The position numbers and the translations under genes are program-made. The notes beneath the pieces were generated by a model. The model saw only the letters and a list, made by a program, of their open reading frames with translations, ran no database searches and was not told the DNA's origin. A stretch of 64,000 nucleotides of DNA. Origin: an uncultured Ruficoccus sp. (GTDB lineage Bacteria; Verrucomicrobiota; Verrucomicrobiia; Opitutales; Cerasicoccaceae). This document shows positions 48,691-58,593 of this stretch, piece after piece (position 1 is the first letter of the stretch; the number at the start of each line of letters is the position of its first letter). Location of the stretch: contig OZ223514.1 in the NCBI GenBank assembly GCA_965140785.1, positions 1 through 64,000 of the forward strand. Reading direction: 5' to 3'.

Positions 48691-49573
48691 GCGATTTGCC
48701 GGGGCGGTTATCCTGCTGCTCCTGCCCCTCGGTCTCGGTGCCGAGACCGTCCGGGTGGCGACGTACAATCTGTACAACTACCTCTCCATGGACCGGATGG
48801 TGGAGGGCCACTGGCAGGAGGATTACCCCAAGCCCGAGACCGAGAAAATCGCCCTGCGCGCGGCCATTCGCGCCGCTGATGCCGACGTGCTGGCGGTGCA
48901 GGAGATCGGCGGCCCGGCCTATCTGGAGGAGCTTCAGCGCGACCTCAAGGCCGAGGGCCTGGACTACCCGCACGCGGCCATCCTGATGGGACCCGATGAG
49001 ACCCGACACACCGCCGTGCTCTCGCGCCTGCCCTTTGCCCGCGTGATTACCCATGACCGGCTGGATTTTACCTTCGACGGCGAGTCCGAGCAGGTTCGCC
49101 GCGGTCTGCTGGAGGTGGGCTTCGAAACCGACGGGGTGCCCTGGACGCTCTTTGTCGTCCACCTGAAAAGCCGCTGGACCATCCGCCGGAGCGATCCGCT
49201 GGCCCGGAAACAGCGTGCCGGGGAGGCGCAGGCGTGCCGCGACCTGATCCGGCGCAGTTTCCCCGATCCGCAGGCGGATAACTACCTGATCGTAGGCGAC
49301 TTTAACGACTCCCGAGAGAGCGCCCCGCTGCGGCGTTTTCTCGAAGTCAGCGGGCGCGAACTGGCCCAGATGGTCGAGGCGGTCGATTCGCGCGGCGAGG
49401 CCTGGACCTTCCACTACCGCAAACGCGACCTCTACGAGCGGGTGGACTTTTTACTCGTTTCCCCGGCGCTGGCCCGGCGCGTGGTCGAGGGCTCGGCGCA
49501 GATCATCGACCTCATGCCCGCCACCGACGAGGCCAGCGACCACCGCCCGGTCTGTGTGACGTTGGAGTTTTAA
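48680..49573 (+). CDS. Endonuclease/exonuclease/phosphatase family protein, exported
   Basis: VATYNL, DVLAVQE, HLKS, GDFND, VDFLLVS, SDHRPV. Confidence 0.9.
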   Translation: MRFKRFAGAVILLLLPLGLGAETVRVATYNLYNYLSMDRMVEGHWQEDYPKPETEKIALRAAIRAADADVLAVQEIGGPAYLEELQRDLKAEGLDYPHAAILMGPDETRHTAVLSRLPFARVITHDRLDFTFDGESEQVRRGLLEVGFETDGVPWTLFVVHLKSRWTIRRSDPLARKQRAGEAQACRDLIRRSFPDPQADNYLIVGDFNDSRESAPLRRFLEVSGRELAQMVEAVDSRGEAWTFHYRKRDLYERVDFLLVSPALARRVVEGSAQIIDLMPATDEASDHRPVCVTLEF

Positions 49574-49598
49574 GGCAAGGGTTTGGGCTGAATAAAAC

Positions 49599-49791
49599 TC
49601 ACGCGCAGGCACAGAGGCACGGAGTTCTTGGGGTAAAAGGATGTAAGGGAAGGACTTTTCTCTCACCCCGGCCCGCGGATCAGCGCGTGGGCTCATTTCA
49701 GTTATCAGGGGAAGTCCAACCCCCATGCTCTTTGCGTCCTTTGCGTCTTTGCGGTTAACTCTCTTATCTAGAACTCCGTGCCTCGGTGTGA
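49599..49791. repeat. Nested short-period repeat arms
   Basis: Outer ...gaggcacggagttct / agaactccgtgcctcggtgtga inverted pair; inner arm ctttgcgtc-ctttgcgt-ctttgcggttaa. Confidence 0.7.
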
Positions 49792-49856
49792 CTTCACCAA
49801 CAAACCCGGCATTTGGCTTGCGGGCTGCTGCTTTTGATCTAGGTTCTCAACTAATA

Positions 49857-51122
49857 ATGATTCCAAATAAGCAGGATGAAGCCCCCACGGGCGTTCGGTT
49901 GCTGCCGGACCCGCTGGTGTGGCGTCAGGATTTCCCGGTGCTGGGACGCGAAGTCAACGGCAAGCCGCTGATCTATTTCGACAACGCTGCCTCGTCGCAG
50001 AAGCCTCTCGCGGTCATTGAGCGGATCGAGCGGTATTATGCCGGAGAGCACGCGAACATTCACCGGGGGGTGCACTTTCTCAGCCAGGAGGCGACCGGCG
50101 CCTACGAGGCCGCCCGCGAGACGGTGGCGCGGTATTTCAACGCGGGCGAGGCACGCGAGTGCGTCTTTACCCGCGGGGCGACCGAGGCGATCAACCTCGT
50201 GGCCAGCTCGTGGGGTGGGGCTAATCTCCAGGCCGGCGACGAGGTGCTGCTGACCGTGATGGAGCACCACGCCAACATCGTCCCGTGGCAGCTGCTTGAG
50301 GCTCGCCTCGGGATCAAGCTCGTGGTCGCGCCCGTCTCCGAGGCGGGCGAACTGATCGTCGAGGAGTGGGAAAAGCTTCTTGGCCCGCGCACGAAGCTGG
50401 CCGCCTTTTGCCACGCTTCCAATTCACTCGGCACGATCAATCCGGCTAAAGAATTGATCGCCAAGGCCCACGCCCAAGGCGTTCCTGTGCTGCTGGACGG
50501 GGCGCAGTCCAGCGCCCACCTGAAAATCGACGTTCGCGACCTCGACTGCGACTGGTTTGTGGCCAGCGGGCACAAGATTTTCGGCCCGACCGGGATCGGT
50601 GTCCTCTACGGCAAGGCCGACCTGCTCGGCGCCATGCCCCCCTATCAGGGCGGCGGCGACATGATCGAGCGCGTCAGCTTTGCCGGGACGACCTTCCGCG
50701 GGCTGCCGGAGCGCTTCGAGGCGGGGACGCCCCACATCGCCGGGGCCATCGGCCTGGCAGCCGCGTTCGACTATCTGGAAAGCATCGGCCACGACGCCAT
50801 TGCCACCCAGGAGCAGGACCTCCTGAAGTACGCCACTGCGCAACTGGAGCAGATCGAGGGCCTGACCATTTACGGTCGCGCCGCCGACAAGGTCTCGCTC
50901 GTTTCCTTCAACATCGCGGGCATCCACCCCAACGACATCGGCACCATGCTCGACGCCGACGGTATCGCCGTGCGCACCGGGCACCACTGCACGATGCCGC
51001 TGTGGGAGCGCTACGGACTCACCGGCACCGCCCGCGCCTCCTTCGCCTTCTACAACACCCGCGAGGAGATCGACGCCTTCGTCGCCAGCCTGACAAAAAT
51101 CCGCAAGCTCTTCCTCGGCTAG
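49857..51122 (+). CDS. sufS: Cysteine desulfurase SufS
   Basis: YFDNAASSQKP, ANIHRG, EHHANIVPWQ, SGHKIFGPTG, RTGHHCT. Confidence 0.95.
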   Translation: MIPNKQDEAPTGVRLLPDPLVWRQDFPVLGREVNGKPLIYFDNAASSQKPLAVIERIERYYAGEHANIHRGVHFLSQEATGAYEAARETVARYFNAGEARECVFTRGATEAINLVASSWGGANLQAGDEVLLTVMEHHANIVPWQLLEARLGIKLVVAPVSEAGELIVEEWEKLLGPRTKLAAFCHASNSLGTINPAKELIAKAHAQGVPVLLDGAQSSAHLKIDVRDLDCDWFVASGHKIFGPTGIGVLYGKADLLGAMPPYQGGGDMIERVSFAGTTFRGLPERFEAGTPHIAGAIGLAAAFDYLESIGHDAIATQEQDLLKYATAQLEQIEGLTIYGRAADKVSLVSFNIAGIHPNDIGTMLDADGIAVRTGHHCTMPLWERYGLTGTARASFAFYNTREEIDAFVASLTKIRKLFLG

Positions 51123-51190
51123 GCAGGACAGAGTCCTGCACCTGTGATGCTTACGCATCACTGATGCCGCCGCCAACGCGGCGGCATGGG
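51123..51190 (+). repeat. Three-hairpin element, copy H
   Basis: gcaggac-aga-gtcctgc, gtgatgc-ttac-gcatcac, atgccgccgc-caac-gcggcggcat; starts at sufS TAG. Confidence 0.75.
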
Positions 51191-51350
51191 CAACGGTGAT
51201 AGACGCCGACTCAAATGAACTTCGGTAAGCACCACCTGAGAAAGGCGCGAGACTTGTAGGCATGTCGGAAAATGGGTTCCTTTTCAGGAGGGGAGTCAGG
51301 CCGTGAAATTAGCTTTGCGTTCTTCGCGTACTTTGCGGTTAAAAAAAGCG

Positions 51351-51803
51351 ATGCCGCTGACACCGGAGCTTTATCAGGAAATCCTGCTCGACCACAGCAA
51401 GCACCCGCGTGCGCAGGGCTTGCTGGAGGCGCCCACTCATCGCTCCGAGGCGAAAAACCCCGAGGCCGGAGACGAGGTGACGCTGACTCTGCACATCGCC
51501 GATGAGAAAATCACGGCCGTGGGCTGGGAGGCGGCGGGAAGCGCCGTGCTGCGGGCTTCGTGTTCGCTCATGAGCGAGGCGGTCCCGGGGCGCACCCTGG
51601 CCGAAGCGAAAGAGTTGGCCGAGCACTTCCGGGCGTTCCTGACCGGTCCGGAACCGGATGAGGCCGAGGTGGACTTCTGGGGTGACGCCGCCGCGCTGGG
51701 TGGCATCCGCCACCTGCCCCCGCGCGTCAAGTGCGCCATGCTCCCGTGGCGGGCGTTGCTCGCCGTGGAGGAAATTGAATCCCCCGCCTCGAAGGTGGAT
51801 TAG
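51351..51803 (+). CDS. sufU: SufU/NifU-family protein with atypical Cys pattern
   Basis: LYQEILLDH..HPR, NPEAGD, RVKCAMLPW; follows sufS. Confidence 0.85.
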   Translation: MPLTPELYQEILLDHSKHPRAQGLLEAPTHRSEAKNPEAGDEVTLTLHIADEKITAVGWEAAGSAVLRASCSLMSEAVPGRTLAEAKELAEHFRAFLTGPEPDEAEVDFWGDAAALGGIRHLPPRVKCAMLPWRALLAVEEIESPASKVD

Positions 51804-51879
51804 CCGGAAAGCCGGAAAGCGCGGAGCGTCAGCGTTGACGGGCTTACTTCGCCTTTCAGCGATTTGCCGAAATACAAAA

Positions 51880-52284
51880 CTACCGGGTGAACAGCTTCGT
51901 CACGGACGGCTTGTTCAGTACGTAGAGCGCATATCCACAGGCCCCAATACCGACGATGGATGTGACCCAGAAAGAGATGATGAATCCGAGCGGCTGGCCC
52001 GGCCCATAGGGAGGGGCCCACCGGATCAGGGCCAACAAGAGCGGCACACTGACAAAGATCAAGGTGACGATCGAGATGGTCAGGGTGAACAGGCGCCAGT
52101 ACGGCTTGAGGCGGATGAGGCCGAACCCAGCCAGCAGGAGCAGGACCATGAAGTTGATCGTAGCGCCGGACTGGTTGAAGACGGAGATGATTGACTGCAC
52201 CAGCGCAAGGGCGCCGAGGGCCATCAGCACACCGGAGAGGATGGTGAGTTCCTTGGGCAGATCGCCAGCTTTAGGGAATTTCAT
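51880..52284 (-). CDS. Hypothetical 4-TM membrane protein
   Basis: Four hydrophobic helices; ends LNKPSVTKLF. Confidence 0.65.
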   Translation of the reverse strand: MKFPKAGDLPKELTILSGVLMALGALALVQSIISVFNQSGATINFMVLLLLAGFGLIRLKPYWRLFTLTISIVTLIFVSVPLLLALIRWAPPYGPGQPLGFIISFWVTSIVGIGACGYALYVLNKPSVTKLFTR

Positions 52285-52316
52285 AAGAAGAAAAGTAACG
52301 GGCACTTACGGCGGGC

Positions 52317-53111
52317 TCAAGCTTCGAGTGGCAGGCGCACAGGCAGCCCGGCCCCGGCCAGCTTTTGCTTGGCCTCCAGGATGGAGTAGGTGCCGAAGTG
52401 GAAGATCGAGGCGGCCAGCACCGCGCTGGCCTTGCCCTCGCGCAGCACGTCCACCAGGTGGTCCAGCGTGCCCGCGCCGCCCGAGGCGATGACGGGGACC
52501 TCGACCGCTTCGCTCACGGCGCGGGTCAGCTCAATGTCGTACCCGACCTTGGTGCCGTCGGCGTCCATGCTGGTGAGCAGAATCTCGCCCGCGCCCAGGC
52601 GCACCACTTCACGGGCCCACTCGATCGCGTCCCACTCGGTTTTCGTGCGTCCGCCGTGGGTGAAGACTTTCCACTTCCCGGGGGCCACATTTTTTGCGTC
52701 GATGGCGACGACGATGCACTGGTTGCCGAAAATCTCCGACGCTTGGCGGATGAGATCGGGGTTGTTGACCGCGGCGGTGTTGAGCGAGACCTTGTCGGCC
52801 CCGGCGTTGAGCATCATGCGGATGTCCTCCACCGTGCGCAGGCCGCCGCCCACCGTGACGGGCATGAAGCACTCCGAGGCGGTGCGCTCGACCACGTCGC
52901 GCATGATGGCACGCTCGTCGCTGGAAGCGGTGATGTCGAGGAAGACCAGTTCGTCCGCCCCCTGGGCCTCGTAGGCCTTGGCCTGCTCGACCGGATCGCC
53001 CGCGTCGATCAGGTTGACGAAGTTCACGCCCTTGACCACGCGCCCGGCGTGGACGTCGAGGCAGGGGATGATGCGTACGCTGACTTGCCCGCTGTTAGCC
53101 GTCTCTTTCAC
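52317..53111 (-). CDS. hisF: Imidazole glycerol phosphate synthase cyclase subunit
   Basis: [43 protein letters not shown]. Confidence 0.96.
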   Translation of the reverse strand: MKETANSGQVSVRIIPCLDVHAGRVVKGVNFVNLIDAGDPVEQAKAYEAQGADELVFLDITASSDERAIMRDVVERTASECFMPVTVGGGLRTVEDIRMMLNAGADKVSLNTAAVNNPDLIRQASEIFGNQCIVVAIDAKNVAPGKWKVFTHGGRTKTEWDAIEWAREVVRLGAGEILLTSMDADGTKVGYDIELTRAVSEAVEVPVIASGGAGTLDHLVDVLREGKASAVLAASIFHFGTYSILEAKQKLAGAGLPVRLPLEA

Positions 53112-53170
53112 GCGCAAACTCTCTGCCCCCGCGCCCGGCGGCGCAAGCAGGAACTCCTGCCATTATGAGC

Positions 53171-53252
53171 CCTGGGGCAGGAGCCTCTTTGGCTCCGAGG
53201 GGGTGGAGCCCCATTCCGGTGCGTAGCACCTAGGGTGCAGGGCATGCCCTGC
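53171..53252 (-). repeat. Multi-hairpin REP-like element, copy D
   Basis: Reverse complement gcagggcatgccctgc..ggtgc-tac-gcacc..ggagcc-aaaga-ggctcc; starts at SDR TAG. Confidence 0.8.
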
Positions 53253-54014
53253 CTAAGGATAATCCTGGCGGGTGGGGCGGACGGTGATGTCGCTGATGTG
53301 GACGTGCGGGGGCAGGGCGACGAGGTGCTCGATGGCGGCGGCGATGTCGTCTCCCACCAGCAGGGGGCCGAAGTTGTCATGGAAGTGCTGCACGGTCTCG
53401 TCCGCGTAGCCAGCTTCGTCCTGAAAGCCGCTCACCACGATGCCCGGAGCGACGGTGGTGACGCGCACGCCCTTGGGGCCGATCTCGCGGCGCAGGCCCT
53501 CGGCCAGCGCATGGACGGCGAATTTGGTCGAGCCGTACACCGCGCTGAAGGGCGAGATATTGTTCCCCACGACCGAGCCGATAACCACGAGGTCAGCCGC
53601 TTTTTGCGGAAAGTTTTTTTCCTGCTGCGTGACCATACGCCGGGCGGCGGTCTGCATGAGCGCGAGGGCTCCGGCCACATTGAGCTTCCAGATGGTTTCG
53701 AACTTCGCCAGATCGGCCTGCGTGACCGATCCGCCCAGCCCGGTCCCGGCATTGACCACAACGATGTCCGGCTCACCGCCGAAGCTTTCCTTGGCGGTGG
53801 CAAAGAGCGCGTCGATCACGGCCTGTTCGGCGGCGCTGCCGGCTACCGCCTTGAAGCGCGGGCCGAGTTCTTTTTCGAGCGCGGCGAGTTTATCGGCGGA
53901 GCGGGCGTTGCCGATGACGCCGTAGCCCTGGGCGACGAAACGGCGGGCGGTGGCTTCTCCGATCCCGGAGCTGGCCCCGGTGACGATGGCGATGCGGGTG
54001 GGGGAATCTGACAT
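53253..54014 (-). CDS. Short-chain dehydrogenase/reductase
   Basis: VTGASSGIG, VVNAG, YGSTK. Confidence 0.92.
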   Translation of the reverse strand: MSDSPTRIAIVTGASSGIGEATARRFVAQGYGVIGNARSADKLAALEKELGPRFKAVAGSAAEQAVIDALFATAKESFGGEPDIVVVNAGTGLGGSVTQADLAKFETIWKLNVAGALALMQTAARRMVTQQEKNFPQKAADLVVIGSVVGNNISPFSAVYGSTKFAVHALAEGLRREIGPKGVRVTTVAPGIVVSGFQDEAGYADETVQHFHDNFGPLLVGDDIAAAIEHLVALPPHVHISDITVRPTRQDYP

Positions 54015-54081
54015 GGAGAACAAACTAACGAAGCCGTGCCCGGGCCGCAAGTCGTTCTCCCGAAGATTCGTTTCCGGTCAC

Positions 54082-54112
54082 AAAAAAACCGGTCCCGCAG
54101 GGGGACCGGTTT
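54082..54112 (-). terminator. Intrinsic terminator
   Basis: A-run + accggtccc-...-gggaccggt. Confidence 0.75.
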
Positions 54113-54185
54113 ATGAAAAAACATTCGCTTACTGGTTATGCCGGGATGCGTGAGCATCCCAAGTCCAAGACGTTGCCCTGATCGG

Positions 54186-55946
54186 TTATTCGGCCAGAGC
54201 GATGTCGGGCTCAAATTCGACCACGAGGCGGTACTTCATGCCGGGACGCATGGTTAGCGGATGATCGCGCACCAGATGCTGGAGGTAGTGGATGTTGCCC
54301 CAGTACGTGCGGTAGTCCGGATCGTCCGTCACAACCTCGGTCTCACCCCAGACGGCTTGGAAGTCGTCCTTGACCACGACGGGGCGCAGGCCGCCTTCGC
54401 CGATGGTGTAGGTCAGACCGCTGCGGTAGCGGCTGTGCGGAGCGCCGATGGCGATGACGTAGCGCATGCTGTCGAGCTGGACCTGATTCTTGACGGTGAA
54501 GATGAACTCGCTGGTCATCTTGCCGCCGAGGAAGGTCCAGTTGACCTTGCACGAGCCGAGCCCGTTGAGGAAGCGCTCGTCCACGGTGACCAACTCGGGT
54601 TGGTCGTAGCGGAAGAAGAAGGAATTGCGCAGGCCCAGGCCGGTGGTGCAGTTCTTGCCGTAGAAGGCCGGGATGACCTTCTCCTTGCCGAAGGTCAGCT
54701 CGGGCAGGAGGATCGGGATCTGCTTGCTGGTGGGCCAGTCGATGACACCCGGGCAGTGCGGGAAGGCGAGCGAGGAACTGCTCGCGCCCACTTCGGAGCC
54801 GGCGCTAACGAGCGGGATCTGCACGTGCAGGCCGCTTTCGGGGTCGAAATAGTTAAAGAGGCCGTTTTCCTTGCGGTGGCTCTTGTCGAAGACCACGAAG
54901 CGGCCGGAGCGCTTGGCCGGGGCGGGCTTGGCGTCCATGGTGCCACCGATGTGCTTGGACAGGCGAGCCCACTGGCACAGGTAGCGCGCGGCGTCAAAGT
55001 TCGCCATGCGCGTGGTGTGGTTGGCGAAGGTGGTGCGCTCCTCGTCGCGGATGACGAGGAAGCCGTGCTCGTGGTCGAGGTACGTGGTGAAGAAGAACTG
55101 GAACAGGCGGCGCAGGATGTCGAAGTACTTCGGCTTGTCGTCTCCGGTGATCCAGCCGTCGCGCATGGCCTGAAGGATCAGGCTGATGCAGTGCATCTGG
55201 CCGTAGGCGCCGATGCCGCGGCCATAGGCCCAGCCGAGGCCGTCCTGGCGGACGATGTCGGGCAGCATCTTGATGTACTTGCCGGCGTGGGTGCGCAGGC
55301 TGGGCAGCTTGCGGTCGCGCAGGTGGATGTTGGCGTGGAGCTGGAGCGCCTGCCGGATGAAGACAAAGCTCAGGACGCCGTAAATATCGAAGCAGCCGCC
55401 GAAGCCCTCGGGATGGTCGTCGCAGTAGCCGGCGCTGCTGTTGATCTTGATGCGCTCGACGAAGCGGTCGATCAGCTTGCCGGTCTCGTCCTTCTTGGAC
55501 AGGCCCATGCTGAAGCGCGTCACGGCCTTGGCGATGTTGAAGGACTGCAGGTGGTTGTCGTAATCGGTGCGCTGGAGCAGGCGATGGTCGAGCGTCTCGC
55601 GGGTCGGCTCAAGCAGGCGCTCCCACACCGGGTTGCGTTCCTTCGACGGGCCAAAGGCCAGCAGCCCCAGGGCCGAATAGGCTAGGCCGTTCTCGGCCTC
55701 CTCTTCGATAAAGGCCTGGGCGGTTACCGTCCGGGCCACCAAGTCTACCAGGTCGTGGTCGCCGAAGCGGGTCTCCTGGGTTAGACGGTGGTACTCCCCA
55801 ATCGCGAGGGCGGCGTGGCCGGGCTCGTCAAATCGTCCCATTTCTCCGCTCACGGGAGTGATGGAACCATCGGCGTTGATGGCATCTAGGTTCTGACCCA
55901 GGATGGACTGGGCCATGTCAAGGCATTGGTCGGCGAAATTCTCCAT
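54186..55946 (-). CDS. 586-aa cytoplasmic hypothetical protein
   Basis: Long ORF with strong host codon bias and its own terminator; helical N-half, beta-rich C-half; no family confidently recognised. Confidence 0.8.
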   Translation of the reverse strand: MENFADQCLDMAQSILGQNLDAINADGSITPVSGEMGRFDEPGHAALAIGEYHRLTQETRFGDHDLVDLVARTVTAQAFIEEEAENGLAYSALGLLAFGPSKERNPVWERLLEPTRETLDHRLLQRTDYDNHLQSFNIAKAVTRFSMGLSKKDETGKLIDRFVERIKINSSAGYCDDHPEGFGGCFDIYGVLSFVFIRQALQLHANIHLRDRKLPSLRTHAGKYIKMLPDIVRQDGLGWAYGRGIGAYGQMHCISLILQAMRDGWITGDDKPKYFDILRRLFQFFFTTYLDHEHGFLVIRDEERTTFANHTTRMANFDAARYLCQWARLSKHIGGTMDAKPAPAKRSGRFVVFDKSHRKENGLFNYFDPESGLHVQIPLVSAGSEVGASSSSLAFPHCPGVIDWPTSKQIPILLPELTFGKEKVIPAFYGKNCTTGLGLRNSFFFRYDQPELVTVDERFLNGLGSCKVNWTFLGGKMTSEFIFTVKNQVQLDSMRYVIAIGAPHSRYRSGLTYTIGEGGLRPVVVKDDFQAVWGETEVVTDDPDYRTYWGNIHYLQHLVRDHPLTMRPGMKYRLVVEFEPDIALAE

Positions 55947-56180
55947 CGCGTGGTTTTCTGCAGCATAGCATCCCTTGCCAGGTGGCTTTCACGGGACGCG
56001 GAAACCCGTCTTTGTGGATTTTTGTATAGGGGCTGTCAACAGGTTATTGGTGACAAGTGCAGAAAGATGCAGATTCGCAAACGGTTTACGGTGCGAATGG
56101 GCTGCGAAAGGGCTCGAAAAACACTTTGTCCAGGCGGTTGTCGGTCCGGCGCTTTCCCACTTGCCCTGCGGGCTCAATGC

Positions 56181-56855
56181 GTGCCACTAATAAAGGGTAA
56201 CTCTTTTTTGCTTGTGGCCATCCTGCTCCTCAAAGGCTTTGTGCTCGGTTTTATCTTTTCCGTCGTCATGGTGACGGGAACGGTCTGGTGCGTCCAGGTG
56301 ACGATTCGTTACGGCCTGTTCGCCGGCCTGGCCGCCGCGCTGGGGATCACCCTCGGTCAGTCCATCTGGATCGCGGTTGCGGTGGCCCTGATGACGGTGA
56401 TGTGGATGCTGCCGCTGCAGGCGGAGCTGGCCTGGGTCTTTCGCTCGCTGGCCGCCGTGGTCTTTCTCTACATGAGCTTCATCCTCTTTCGGGCCAAAAA
56501 GGTTTCCAGCCTGTCCTGCCCGCCGCTGGCCGGAGGCGGTAAGCGGGTTTTCCGGGGGACGCTGGCCGTCTCGCTGGGTATGCCGATGCGATTTTTTGGC
56601 TACCTCGCTTTTTGTGTGGCCGCCGGGCTCAACTACCATGCCCCGGACCTGGCCAACGGCGGGCTGGTCGTCCTCGGGGCGGTGAGCGGCACCTTCGTGT
56701 GGTGGCTGTACATGGTGATCCTGGCCGCGGTTTTCGGGCACAAGGTCCCCGAGCGGGTCAGCCTGCGTTCGATCAACAAACTCAACCCGCTCAGCGGATT
56801 CATCCTCCTGCTGGTCTGCGCCATGACCCTCGCCCCCCTGCTCCTGCGCCATTGA
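56181..56855 (+). CDS. LysE-like translocator
   Basis: GFVLGFIFS..G...C...T.RYG..AG, six TM segments; start uncertain. Confidence 0.65.
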   Translation: MPLIKGNSFLLVAILLLKGFVLGFIFSVVMVTGTVWCVQVTIRYGLFAGLAAALGITLGQSIWIAVAVALMTVMWMLPLQAELAWVFRSLAAVVFLYMSFILFRAKKVSSLSCPPLAGGGKRVFRGTLAVSLGMPMRFFGYLAFCVAAGLNYHAPDLANGGLVVLGAVSGTFVWWLYMVILAAVFGHKVPERVSLRSINKLNPLSGFILLLVCAMTLAPLLLRH

Positions 56856-57048
56856 GGCAGGACAGAGTCCTGGACCTGTGATCCTTTGGATCACGGATGC
56901 TCCGCTTGGAGCGAAGGCATGACTACAAATGCCCCCAACCCAAAAGGGGGAGGGCACTGCTCATCCTCGCCGAGCGCTCCATGGCATTTCCCCAAGAAAT
57001 GCCATCCAGATGCGCAAGCATCTAGAGCACAGGGCATGCCCTGCCCGC
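56856..57048. repeat. Inverted doublet of three-hairpin elements (copies G + and F -)
   Basis: G: caggac-aga-gtcctg, gtgatcc-ttt-ggatcac; F (minus): cagggcatgccctg, agatgc/gcatct, atggcatttc/gaaatgccat; each begins at the stop of a convergent gene. Confidence 0.75.
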
Positions 57049-58290
57049 CTAGAAGCTGAAGCTGTAGCGGCTGAGGCGCTGGCGGATTTCCGCGATGACG
57101 CGCTTTTCCTGCTCTTCGCCCTTGGCCTCGAAGGTGACCGAGAAGCGCACGAAGTGCCCCGCGTCGTCCCAGGGGACGGTGCTGATGAGCAACTCCTTGA
57201 TCAGAAACTGGGAAAAGTCCTCTCCGTTCTTGAAGGTGATCTTCTTGCCGTCCTTTTCCGCGCTGGTGGGGGCGGCGGTGTAGAGGAAGAACGAGCCCTT
57301 CGGCTTCTTGGCCTTAAAGCCGGCGGCGTTGAGGGCCTCGACCAGCAGGTCCATGCGGCGGGAGTACTTGGCGCTGATTTCCTCGGTGATCGAGGGGGTG
57401 TCCAGCGCGGCGGCAGCGGCCTTCTGGATGGCCAGGAACTGGCCCGAGTCGCAGTTGTCCTTCACGTCGGAGAAAGCCTTGACGATGAGCGGGTTGCCAC
57501 AGACCCAGCTGATGCGCCAGCCGGTCATGTTGAAGCTCTTGGAGAGCGAGTGCAGCTCGACCGCCACGTCTTTGCCGCCGGGGACCTGGAGGATGGACAG
57601 GGGCTTGCCTTCGAAAATGAGCGAGGCGTAGGCGGCGTCCTGCACGAGGACGAGGTTGTTCTCCTTGGCGAAAGCGATGGCTTTCTCGAAAAACTCGACC
57701 GTGGCGGAGGCACCGGTCGGGTTGTTCGGGTAGTTCAGGACCATGGCCTTGGCGTAGGCTTTGACGTGCTCGGGGATGGCCTCCAGATCGGGCAGGAAGT
57801 CGTTATCCGCGGTCAGCGGGCAGTTGTACACCTCGCCGCCGAGGTACTTGGCGTGGGTGCCAAAGATCGGGTAGCCGGGCACGGTCATGATGACGCTGTC
57901 GCCGGGGTTGATGAAGCACAGGGGCAGGATGCGCAGGGCGGCCTTGGACCCGATGGAGTGGATGATCTCAGTCGTCGGATCGAGGTCCACGCCGTAGAGC
58001 TTCTTCATGTAGCGGGCGACGGACTGACGGAAGACCGGGCCGCCGTTGTCGGCGTAGCCGCGGTTTTCGGGCTTGGCGGCCTCGTCGCAGAGGGCCTGGA
58101 CGACCTGCGGATAGGCCATGTCGTCGGGTTCGCCCACGCCCATGTCGATCAGTTCGGTGTCGGGATGGGCGGCGCGGGCGGCGGCCTTGGCGCGCTTGAT
58201 CTTCTCAAACTTGTAGATGGCGTCGGACTTGCCGTAGTCGGCTCCGCCAATGCGTTCGGCGAAAAGTTGCTGGATATAGGGATCGTTCAT
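57049..58290 (-). CDS. dapL: LL-diaminopimelate aminotransferase
   Basis: YKFEKIK, DMGVGEPD, NYPNNPTGA, DAAY, SLSKSFNMTGWR. Confidence 0.88.
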   Translation of the reverse strand: MNDPYIQQLFAERIGGADYGKSDAIYKFEKIKRAKAAARAAHPDTELIDMGVGEPDDMAYPQVVQALCDEAAKPENRGYADNGGPVFRQSVARYMKKLYGVDLDPTTEIIHSIGSKAALRILPLCFINPGDSVIMTVPGYPIFGTHAKYLGGEVYNCPLTADNDFLPDLEAIPEHVKAYAKAMVLNYPNNPTGASATVEFFEKAIAFAKENNLVLVQDAAYASLIFEGKPLSILQVPGGKDVAVELHSLSKSFNMTGWRISWVCGNPLIVKAFSDVKDNCDSGQFLAIQKAAAAALDTPSITEEISAKYSRRMDLLVEALNAAGFKAKKPKGSFFLYTAAPTSAEKDGKKITFKNGEDFSQFLIKELLISTVPWDDAGHFVRFSVTFEAKGEEQEKRVIAEIRQRLSRYSFSF

Positions 58291-58349
58291 GACTGGAAGA
58301 AGAAAGGCAAAGGGATGCGGGCACTGATGGAAAGCAAAATGTGGGGGAT

Positions 58350-58533
58350 TGAATGGCTAAATGGCTCAAGGGCTAAAGGAGTAAATGGCTGCTGGCTGGT
58401 TACTGGCCTGACGGCGGAGGGAGTGCGCCCCTTTTTTTTCGGGGAGCATTTTTGTGCGGCAGGACGCCTCCCTGTCCAAGGAGACGCCATCCATCAATAA
58501 CCAACAATTAACAATCAACCATTTAGCCATTCA
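58350..58533. repeat. Inverted pair of 8-bp-period repeats (AATGGCTA family)
   Basis: tgaatggctaaatggct ... aaccatttagccattca in the dapL/panC divergent region. Confidence 0.65.
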
Positions 58534-58593
58534 TCTTCTGTACTTGATCGGGCTTTCGAACTGCTATTCACTCTCGTCTTCAACATCCCAACC

